64,000 nt of DNA from Macrostomum lignano. Its lineage: Eukaryota. How positions within the stretch are numbered: the first letter of the stretch is position 1; each line of letters opens with the position of its first letter. Of this stretch, positions 34,014 through 43,715 are shown one piece after another. The notes under the pieces are model-generated. The model ran no database searches and was not told the DNA's origin. It saw only the letters and a list, made by a program, of their open reading frames with translations. The position numbers were made by a program, and so were the translations under genes. The stretch spans positions 1-64,000 of the forward strand of contig NIVC01002163.1 of NCBI GenBank assembly GCA_002269645.1. Direction: 5' to 3'.

Positions 34014-36017
34014 ATGACAAGGCAATTGAGGCGACAAGCAAATAAGGATTTGCTGGGCTTGTTCATGGAAGGAGAACAAGAAGCTTTGGAAGACATCGCA
34101 CTGCAAGAGAAAAAAAGAAAAGTAGTCGAAGCAGATGATTCTGGGAGAGTCGCCGGTTTCATCGCTTCGGAGTCCTCTGTAGCAGAAGTCAATGAAGGTA
34201 CGGATCCAGATCTTGGCAACGACAATGGCAGCTATCCTGATTTTGACGAGTTCGCGCGAGTTTGCAGCGATGAAGATGAGGAGATTGACAAGAAAGAGGA
34301 TGACCGCTCTTTAGAAGATAAAATATTCGCCTTGCTGGTAGTCTACTTTTCTTGTTTCAACCTAAGTCGTGGATCTAAAAAATTCCTTGTTGATGGTCTA
34401 AGAGACATAGGCTTGCCTGCGCCGAAGTCTGTCAACTCTATTGAGGCCGTCATCAATGCTGGCGATCCAACGGAAAAATTGGAGTCCATGGGAAAAGGCC
34501 ATTTTCGCTACATTTCGATTCTGAAAAATCTAGAACTAATGTTTCGCAAAAACCAGCTGCACATGAAGCCAGAATATCTACAACACGATAGTGAAACTGA
34601 GAAGGTTTACAAAATTGAAGCCATCGTTAATTTTGACGGCTTGCCTTTGTACCGAGCAAGCCACTTCGGTCTTTGGCCCATACTAATGTCTATTCCCAGC
34701 ATATTCAGCAGACCTTTTCCAGTAGCCGTATGGGCTGGTTGTGGCAAGCCACCTCTGAATGATTATCTTCGACAATTTTGCGACGAGGCTAAACGTTTTC
34801 TTACGGGTCCCATAAAAATTATCGAAAATTTAAGCATCAGCTTCTCGACTATCCGATTTGTTTGCGATGCGCCTGCTCGAGCCTGGGTCTCAGTAACTCA
34901 AGGGCACATGTCGTACGTCGGTTGCATGTACTGCAGGGCTACTGGACCTTATACCGACAACAGAGTAACATTTTCAACGAGCGTCGGGGAGTCTCGTAGC
35001 AGCCAACAATACCGAGAGGGAAAGGAGTCTAACCAGGAAAATAAAAAAATCGCTCTATCGCCCCTTCTAAATTTGCCTAACATTAGTTTTGTCGATGCTT
35101 TTCCCCCTGACTACCAGCATGCCGTCTGCCTTGGAGTCACAAGGAAGCTATTTTACCTATTTTTCGACAAATCTAATGGCAAGAAGTGTCTCGTCTATCC
35201 CGGTCCGATGAGCCTATTGGGCGACCGAATTACTATGGCTGCCGGTTGGACACCTTCAAACTTTCAACGAAGACCCCGGAAAATCGACTTGGAACTGAAG
35301 CACATGAAGGCTACTGAATTCAGACAGTACTTGCTGTACCTAGGACCTGTCCTCTTCAAAGGCATTTTAAATGAAGAAAGGTATAACCACTTTCTTTACC
35401 TCCATTTCGCCATTTACGCATACTCCAACGAAAGGTACTCCAAGTGGTGGACGCAGGCAAAAACTTGCATTGAAGTTTTTGTTGAACGGGCTGCCCATCT
35501 TTACGGCCAGAAGTTTATAAGTTTCAATCTTCACACTATTCTTCATTTGGATGAGTTTGTCCGAAAGCTAGGCAGTTTAAACAACTTTTCGACTTTCCCT
35601 TTCGAAAACTTTCTTGGATCTGTAAAGCGCCGCGTAAAGGTGACAAGGCACATGGCAGCGCATTCAGTTAAGCAGGTGCTCAGAGTTCGCGATCTTCTGT
35701 TGAATGAGCAGCGAATTCCACCGTTGAAATTCAGCACAAAGCGAGGTGATAATTGTTGCATAATCGACAAAGTATGCGTCCTAATCGAAGCTGTAAGTGA
35801 AGCTAATCAAGTCACTGGCAGGATTTTACACCCAGTTGACAACATCTACGCCAACCCATATCCATCTTTGCGTCTGGGAATCGGCTTGTACAGGATGACA
35901 TCTGGTGTTCTAACTGGCACACCTGAGCGAAAGTGCTGGATTTTGCCTGCGAATCTGCTTGCCAATCTTGCTGGAGCGGACAGGGATCCAGCAAGCCATT
36001 TTTTGTCATTCCTCTGA
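34014..36017 (+). CDS. CACTA/EnSpm-type DDE transposase, 667 aa, uninterrupted ORF
   Basis: VNFDGLPLY...LWPIL, FVCDAPARAWV...GCMYC, PPDYQHAVCLGV, MKATEFRQYLLY, NLHTILHL and FSTFPFENFL are animal EnSpm transposase motifs. Confidence 0.92.
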   Translation: MTRQLRRQANKDLLGLFMEGEQEALEDIALQEKKRKVVEADDSGRVAGFIASESSVAEVNEGTDPDLGNDNGSYPDFDEFARVCSDEDEEIDKKEDDRSLEDKIFALLVVYFSCFNLSRGSKKFLVDGLRDIGLPAPKSVNSIEAVINAGDPTEKLESMGKGHFRYISILKNLELMFRKNQLHMKPEYLQHDSETEKVYKIEAIVNFDGLPLYRASHFGLWPILMSIPSIFSRPFPVAVWAGCGKPPLNDYLRQFCDEAKRFLTGPIKIIENLSISFSTIRFVCDAPARAWVSVTQGHMSYVGCMYCRATGPYTDNRVTFSTSVGESRSSQQYREGKESNQENKKIALSPLLNLPNISFVDAFPPDYQHAVCLGVTRKLFYLFFDKSNGKKCLVYPGPMSLLGDRITMAAGWTPSNFQRRPRKIDLELKHMKATEFRQYLLYLGPVLFKGILNEERYNHFLYLHFAIYAYSNERYSKWWTQAKTCIEVFVERAAHLYGQKFISFNLHTILHLDEFVRKLGSLNNFSTFPFENFLGSVKRRVKVTRHMAAHSVKQVLRVRDLLLNEQRIPPLKFSTKRGDNCCIIDKVCVLIEAVSEANQVTGRILHPVDNIYANPYPSLRLGIGLYRMTSGVLTGTPERKCWILPANLLANLAGADRDPASHFLSFL

Positions 36018-37702
36018 CAGGTGACTCCGAGGAGGCCTGATGTAGGACGCGTGAGTCGCAAGTGAGTACTAAAAATATCTTTCTCTGGTTTTTTATATCA
36101 ATCCGATTTCCTTCTATCTCGATTCTCGTATTCCCTGTATTCTGCAATTCTGCAATTTCTTCCTGTATATGTTCTCAGCTTCAACACGCAGACATGATTG
36201 TAGATTGTGAGTTAAATATTAGTATATTACGATGCATACTCGATCGCAACTGCCATTTTATCTTTACTTTTAGGATCCGCAGTTTCACGAGTTTACTACA
36301 AGCCTGGCGATCGGTCATTCATGAACTGGAGTTATTTTAGAGACTGATTATATTGCTTCTATCTTTATTGTTTACATTCTTGAACCCTAGAATTAGGTAC
36401 AGCTTAAAATTCGGTGTTATAGAGGCCGGAGGGGTAATTTAGCTCAAAACTGTGTAGGAGGGGTGGAGGGGCCGGAAACTTAGTGGGAGGTGATGCCGCT
36501 GTATGTGGCTGAAATGGGGGATTTATTTTCTTAAACCCCAGTATACGAGTATGAAATACTAATGGTATTGTATACAGTATTCCTACCTCCAATTCAAGCC
36601 AACAGAATTTTTGTAATATTTTACTTATCCCATTGATAATAATCAACTAGCTGCACAACTGTAATTTCCATCTGTTACCATCTGGTTTTACTTTTAAGCA
36701 CATATAAAATGCTATGAATATTTTCTTTCTTTTGCTGGCACCTATTTTAGGTCAGATCGAATCAATACTTTCCGTATCAAAGTATTTATGTGTTTATGCT
36801 AGGTTGTAACTTATAAAATATATATATATATAGTTCAGACCTTGTCAAGCCTCGCACGAAATTCGTCTTTGTTCTTCCTTTATCTTTGGTGCAATATGGG
36901 AATAGAAAAAACTTGATGACCTGCACTGATAAGGAGTCAGGACAGTTTGTTTGTTTCGCATAGGTTCGCTTAAGCAGGCAAGAACGGTACAACGTAGAAA
37001 TTCCCATATCACTTCTCTAGCCTTTCTTCTAACCCCCCCCCCCAACTGAAATGAATTGGCCAAAATTAGCTGTCACCTCTAGGTTAAAATAATTCCTTGC
37101 ATTGCCCTGTCATTACGGGTTATTGCCACTGGCCAGGAAATTCAAAACATTTTTCTAAGAGCAACTCTAAATGAGTAAGCTTTATACAGGCTATAATTGA
37201 TGAGAGATTTCTGTTAATGAGAGATAAAGCCCACACGGGTTTTATTGATGTCGGGTTGTAAAAGACGATCGCAAATAGAGAACAATATAGCGAGAATATT
37301 CAAGCTGGCGGACGTGCGCCGAGCTATAATTTTCTGTTAACTCGGGGATTCAGTAAGACTAGAATAATTGAGTGGCAAAAACTGTCATGAGAACGCAAAT
37401 GCACTTTGAAACCTTTATGATTCAGTGGATTTATTCATCCGGAAAAATGACAAGGCGGGGGTTAGATTGTTATTTATTCATGACCTGTCCCATTTGAGCT
37501 CTGACCGCCTATGAATATGAAAACTGAGAAAATATCTATGTCTATGTATCAAAATGTGACTGAGTGACTGTGCCCTACTCGTAATCGGGGAGATAAATGA
37601 AGGGGAGACAGGGTAGACAGTCTCCTATCTCCAATCTCCCATGTCTCTTATTTGCCATTATGCAGTTAACTGGGCCCGACATGCATAGCCTACTGCAGGC
37701 TG

Positions 37703-37745
37703 CAGGGGTCAGCAAACTCCAGCCCACGGGCCACATGCGGCCCGC
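37703..37745 (+). mobile_element. hAT-Charlie-like terminal fragment
   Basis: CAGGGGTCAGCAAACT..GCCCACGGGCCACATGCGGCCCG resembles Charlie/MER58-type ends. No partner end found. Confidence 0.5.
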
Positions 37746-37903
37746 AGTCTCTCTATCCAGCCCTCGGGTCCTTTCTAACTTCCCATGCCAATAACAATCC
37801 AGCCCGCTCAAGGTTTGCATCTCTTCTCAGCTTTTTGCTAATTTCTTCTCCTTTTCTCATCAAAATCTCCCCTCTCTCCTCCTTTCCCCTCTTTCCTTGC
37901 TCC

Positions 37904-37917
37904 CAGTGGCGCAACCA

Positions 37918-37948
<31 letters not shown>

Positions 37949-38101
37949 CGGTCCCCCCCTTAGGCGGAGACCCAGAAAAAATTGAAGGGGGACCAAGCGA
38001 ATTTTCGCCAAAAACAGAGCCTCCCCTCCGCCCCCTCCCTCACGGGACTTTACCTTCCAGAATCCGCCCCCCCCCTCAAAAAATTTCTGGTTGCGCTACT
38101 G
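37904..38101. mobile_element. hAT MITE (198 bp)
   Basis: TIRs CAGTGGCGCAACCAG / CAGTAGCGCAACCAG (reverse complement). Perfect 8-bp TSD CTTGCTCC at 37896-37903 and 38102-38109. A related inverted, decayed copy lies at about 38446-38560. Confidence 0.9.
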
Positions 38102-38974
38102 CTTGCTCCCTTCCTCTGACATCTCTCCTTTCGCCTCTCTCCTCTCTCCCCTTATCTCCCTTCTTTCTCTCATCTCGCCTCTCTCCTCTCTTCCCTCCTC
38201 TCACATCTCACATCTCTCCCCTCTCCCCTCCACTCTCCTCCTTCTGGCCCGCAGTCTTGAGCTAGATTCTCTATCTGGCACTTAAAGTAAAATAGTTAGC
38301 CAATCCCTCGCAAGGAATTTCGATCATTACAATGAGCAAAAGTTGACATTAACAAAATTTTGGCGGGCGCGTTGTGCCAAGCCTGAACAGCTTCTCTAGA
38401 CAGCACTCTGTGCTCTCCAGAATTACTTGAACTGTTAGCAGTGCAGCGCAAGCAGAAATTTCTTATGTGGGGGGGGGGCGGATTCTGAAGGGTAAAGACC
38501 CAAGGGGGGCGGAGGGGTGGCTCTGTATTTTGGTAAAAATGCGCTTGGTCCCCCTTTAATACAGCTTGGCAAACCTGATTGATTTTCCGGGATTTCCCCT
38601 GTCCTAGTTGTATTTCTCTAAAATTCTGGAAGATAAATTGAGATTCTAGATAACAGCTGCATCTAAGATTAGTTTGTTTTGCTATCGCATTGTACCGTAC
38701 AATTAATTATTGAAAATTTTAAACCTTTGCTGGCATACGCATATGTTATCTTTGACCTTACCTGTTGTTTAATGGGTAAATTATTACTGTATGGAGGTAC
38801 ATGTAGATATAGGCATTTTGACTGTCAACTGTCCACCCCATACAAGCATACGGCTTTCAAATAATTATGCAACCTTGTGCAAGGGTATGCCGCCTACTTA
38901 CATGTAAAACTTTGAAATGAGTATTTATTTACGCCACTATCCAAGGGGGGGGGCGCGGCCGCGGGAGACCGACA

Positions 38975-39050
38975 GCGGAGACCGCCACAATTTGCCCGCC
39001 AGACAATTTGCCCGCCAGACAATTTGCCCGCCAGACAATTTGCCCGCCGA
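38975..39050. repeat. Four copies of ACAATTTGCCCGCC(AG), probable transposon subterminal array
   Basis: 16-bp tandem units. No matching opposite end seen. Confidence 0.7.
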
Positions 39051-41951
39051 CCTATTTCACCTTGAATAGAACGGCGATCAAATTTTGGCGGTCAAATGTA
39101 CTCGTAGATGTAGTAGACCCGGCGGCCGCCCCTTTGCCATGGCTGGACTTGCATATAAGGGGGTAAATTTTGAGCTTACTTTGGCTTTTTAGACCAAAAC
39201 AAAAATTTGGGCAAATCTGCCCCCACTACTTTAAAAATCCTGAATTGACCACCAAATCGGACTCATCTAAATGAAAACTTAAGAATACAAGCAACATTGT
39301 ACATGCGCTAGTGCTTAAGTAGTGGAGTATTAAAAAATATATTTTTTGTTGCGTTGATTTCGAAGATCAAAAGGTATTACTTATAAGTAGGTAGGCTAAA
39401 ACGCACACTTTTGCGCTCACATCCAATTTCTGAAGTGTATGAAACTCAGAAAAATTTGCACGAGTCGCCTATACCCCACTTTGGAGCTTGCAGCAATTTT
39501 TTCAAAGAGATGGCTGCTCAAAGGGTTAAAAGTTCAAGTTAGCTGTAGTATGAGGATTGGTCAATGCAAATAAATAATGAGCTCATTATACAAGAAAATA
39601 ATTAATAAGGATATCAATAGTTCGCCCCACTGTCCACTGCACGTACTGAAAGGCGTACTGTCAGGTTCGAGCACAAAAACACCCGAAACTAAAAAAATCA
39701 ACTTTAAAAATTCTGCTCTTTACATAATTTCCTCACAAAAATATTTCATACGTACAAAGAAGAAAACCTACAAACTTTTATCTTGCGGGATGGGGCGTAC
39801 CCTTGAGGGCCGCCGGGGCGCCGGCCTAGAGGGTACGCCCCAATTTTTCTAACCACTGGGTATAGAAACTAAAAGGTAAAAGTCTTATAACATTTTTCAT
39901 TTTTGATATTTTGCAATACATTTTTAAAATTTGACTAAGAACATCTTTAGAAATCATACTCTTTTATTAGAATATATAAACTCAAAAGGCAACAAAGATA
40001 CAAAAGAAAAGGCAGCCTTATGGTCGTAACATTATGGTCGTAACATATTTTTTTCTGTCAATTCAGTAACTTTGAGGTACTAATACATTAAAAATATAAT
40101 AGATTATTTGGTCACCAATGCTTTTATCTGATGATGCAAGTACTATACTTTTATCTATAGTTTGTTTCAACCTTCAAAAGCTTTCTATTTGTTTTTAAAA
40201 GGTACAAAATCTTAATGATGTCTTTTGCTTCGAAAAATGTCCAAATTTTTACAAAAATGACTTTTTGCCAATTGATAACATACTAATCCAACATTTTACC
40301 ATTCCTTTATTCTTAGATTGTATATATTGCACAATATAAACATTTGGTAAAAAAATAGGCTAATTAGGCAATGGCAAGCAAAAATATTGACTTTTTTCTA
40401 TTTTCCAAATATGTCCATCTTATATGGAATGAGCCTAGAGCAAAAAGGGTTAGGCCTACTGCCTACTGGCCTATGCTATGGTTCATGCCTATAAAAATAG
40501 ACTCTTTTTCTTTTAAAGGCGCATGTTTAGGAGTTACTTCGATAGCCTTTGGCCTTCGATTAACAGTGCATACGCCTACCATACAAGGCACATTGCACAG
40601 TTATGGTTAGGCTTATATGATATTGATATTGCAATCCCAGTCCCTTTTGATTGCATCATCAATCAACAATCAACCCAACATCGCCCTTAAGGCTTCTTTA
40701 TTCAACGGTTAATGATTTATTTTAATTCTAAATATTTTTCCGACCTGTAATAAACTTTTGCATAAATCAGCTTTAGATTTTTAATATTAGATTGTTTACA
40801 TTACTTTGTTTAGTAAGATCTTGTTTTCAAGAAATTTCACTATTTGATTCAAACTAATTGTTGGCTGGCCAATTCGCGAAAGCGAAATGGACGTTGGGTC
40901 AGGTTCAGAGTCCGAAGAAAAAAGTGACCAGGAGCAAACTATTTTGTTTGTGAATAAATTTTGCCAATAGCTGGATTCCTACTTTTTCATAAACCAATTA
41001 ATAGAATGGTGAATGACAATGTTTTATAAGGTAGATATTGATATTTGATAACAATGTACACAGTACACACCAGGGTCAGGATCGTGTACCGCTGTACGCC
41101 GGAACGAAAATTGCTTCCGTAGCTCATGCACGCCAATGTACGCCAACGAACTTTTTATCGCATACAAAAATACGCCAAAATAGAAATTACAAACTACAAC
41201 TAATATTAAAAGCTTGCACAATTTTAATATTTGATCAACCTATGAGTTAAAACTGAAAATCTTTTTACTAAACTGTAGAGAACTAGTTCATTTTAACTAA
41301 TTTCGTTTTACTTTTACTTTCTTAGAAAGGTTAAGCCCGGTTTTTTAAATTTAGTTTTTGTAGCCGCGTATTCTTGAGTTTTAACTGCCGGGACTTCTTT
41401 AGTCAGAGAAAAACTTGATTTATTTGCGTTCCAGCTTGCTTGATTAAATAGACTGACCGCGATGGGGGAGGGCAGGGTGAAAAACGCAGCTTAGAAAATC
41501 CTAACCAATCGGATTTCGCCGATAGGGTAGGCACTAAGCACTCTATTGGTTGGGGCTCGTTATTCACGCGTTTTCAGCCAATCAGAAACAAAAAGAAATT
41601 TCTAGAAAAGGCTATACGCAGGGGTGGGGTGACGCAGAAAGAAATACGGAGAAAACACTAGAAGTGCACGCGCACGCAAATTGAGCACTATTACAAAAGC
41701 TCCCCTTTCAACAGTTTAATGTCCTCATTAAACCCAAGGGGTGGAAACGACAGATGAAAGCTACTCCAATAGGGAAGAACAGAACCAGCTGTAGCAAATA
41801 GAACAATTCGAGATAACCGGGTTTCGAACAATTAAATCTAAATCAGGATTACTAAGCTAATAGATAGACGCTATTAAAAAGTTCTAGACCTACGACCTAT
41901 AAAGCAAAACTGCTGGCTACAACCAGTCAGTCAGTCCTCAACGTGCGTTAG

Positions 41952-43715
41952 TCAGTCCTCAGCGTCAACAAGTTGCCCTTCATCGTCACTACTGGCGTCC
42001 TGATCAGCACGCTGAGCAGACTGGGTCCGTTGCAGACACGCTCGCTTCAACTTGTTGACATGCACGACGCGCCCCTTGATCTCCCCGTCCGTGTAATTGA
42101 TCGGCCGCACCAAGTAGTTGACAGGTGATGTCTTGCGCATGACTTTAAATGGGCCTGTCCACGGTGATTGATGCTTCGGAGGCAGACAGTTGGTCCTGGA
42201 CAGCACAGCAGGCGGAACGAACAGCCACACTAGATCGCCGGTGCGAAACTTGCGCTTCTGGGCTTTCAGATCGTAGTACCGCTTCTGCCGTCGTTGAGCC
42301 GCGCCAGTTGACCTCCGCACAGCGTCAAAGGCGTCCTGCAGTCGTTGAATGGTCTCTACTGCGTACTGGCCGACGACGGATGGAGGCTCTGGGGACCGAT
42401 AGACAACGTCCAATGGCAGAACCACCTCCCGGCCCGTCATCAGGAAATGTGGGGAAAATCCGGTCGTCGCGCTGATGCTGCTTCGATAGGCTAGGAGACA
42501 GTACGGCAGGGCGTCCTCCCAGTCCAGCGGATCGACAGTTTGAAGGTGGCAGCGCAACATCTGATGGAGTGTCCGATGAAATCTCTCCACGAGGCCGTCA
42601 CATTGAGGATGATAGCCCGACGTTCGAGTCTTGTCGACCTCCAATAGTGTACAGAGACTGCGAATGATGCGGCCATCGATGCTCTTGCCGCGGTCGGAGT
42701 GGAGAATATGCGGAGCACCCCACCTGGAGATCCAGTTGTTGAAGAGGGCCTTGGCAATTGTCGTCGCCTTCTCGTCCGGAATCGGCACCAGCTCCGTCCA
42801 CTTGCTGAAGTAGTCGACGATGCTCAGGATCCGATCGTTGCCGTTTCTGGAAGCGCCGACCTTGACAATGTCGAACCCGACACGCTGCATTGGAAACCCT
42901 GCAGTGATGGACTGTAGCGGCGCCCGCTTGATAACCGGAGTCTTTGCCCGCTGGCAAACCTGGCATGACCGAACGGCCAACCGGACGCTCTCCGACATTT
43001 TTGGCCAGTAGCAACGCGTCTTTAGGCTGGCCAGCGTCTTGACTTCGCCCAGGTGGCCGACGTTGTGAATCTCGTCGACAAATTCGCGTTGTCGGCAGCG
43101 GGGAATGACGGGTACTGGCTTTGTGTTGACCAGCCTGTGCAGTGTACCGTTCACGAAACACAAGTCATGCACCTTCTGCGCCAGCACCAGGCTCTCCGGC
43201 GGTACTCGGTCGCGTTGTCGGTCGGTAAACCTAGTCTTGCCGTCGGCCAGCAGTCGGAACACCGGACTGATAACCGGATCCTGCAGCTGAAGCATACGTA
43301 GCGTCGGTGGCCTGTTGTCTGCCGCTGGCGCTGCGGATTCATCTTCGTTGGTGTCGTCCTCGCTGCTGCTGCTTTCTTCGCTGTCGTCCGACCGGGGCTG
43401 ATGGATTTGCTTGCGCCTTGATGGCACGGTGCCGACGCAGACATGCACATTGTCGGTCTGAACAGCTTCGTCGGTAGCCGTCGACACTAGCTTGATGGTC
43501 GCTGCGTTGATCTGGGCGGCAGCGGCGGCATCACTGTTGGCGTCGGTCTGGCAGGCAACCGAGGATGTCGTCCTGCTGGTGGTCTCATTTGTCGACACAC
43601 CCGACACTGGTTGGTACAGCGCTGCTGCTGACGGGACAGCGCATCGGCGTTGTTGTGTTGACGGCCCGGCCGATAGAGTACTCTGAAGTCGAACTCGTCT
43701 AGCGTCTGCAGCCAC
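41952..43715 (-). CDS. Gypsy integrase (separate -1 frame from RT/RH)
   Basis: H..GH...CQVC zinc finger, VGFDIV, IVDYFSKW, HSDRG, DGLVERFHRTL, and a C-terminal WTGPF (GPY/F) module. Confidence 0.92.
   Translation of the reverse strand: MAADARRVRLQSTLSAGPSTQQRRCAVPSAAALYQPVSGVSTNETTSRTTSSVACQTDANSDAAAAAQINAATIKLVSTATDEAVQTDNVHVCVGTVPSRRKQIHQPRSDDSEESSSSEDDTNEDESAAPAADNRPPTLRMLQLQDPVISPVFRLLADGKTRFTDRQRDRVPPESLVLAQKVHDLCFVNGTLHRLVNTKPVPVIPRCRQREFVDEIHNVGHLGEVKTLASLKTRCYWPKMSESVRLAVRSCQVCQRAKTPVIKRAPLQSITAGFPMQRVGFDIVKVGASRNGNDRILSIVDYFSKWTELVPIPDEKATTIAKALFNNWISRWGAPHILHSDRGKSIDGRIIRSLCTLLEVDKTRTSGYHPQCDGLVERFHRTLHQMLRCHLQTVDPLDWEDALPYCLLAYRSSISATTGFSPHFLMTGREVVLPLDVVYRSPEPPSVVGQYAVETIQRLQDAFDAVRRSTGAAQRRQKRYYDLKAQKRKFRTGDLVWLFVPPAVLSRTNCLPPKHQSPWTGPFKVMRKTSPVNYLVRPINYTDGEIKGRVVHVNKLKRACLQRTQSAQRADQDASSDDEGQLVDAED

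Larger units (their letters stand above)
29435..39860. mobile_element. Full-length CACTA/EnSpm (CMC) DNA transposon, 10,426 bp
   Basis: Termini CCCAGTGG...CCACTGGG, TA on both flanks, subterminal GTACGCCC/GGGCGTAC and GGCGCC(C)GG repeats at both ends, and an internal EnSpm-type transposase. Confidence 0.85.

Noticed and set aside
39555-39575. ORF 39577-39852 and nearby AGGG|TTAA (about 39522-39529) piggyBac-like end
   Set aside because: The ORF overlaps CACTA subterminal repeats, and no matching TTAA|CCCT partner end was found.
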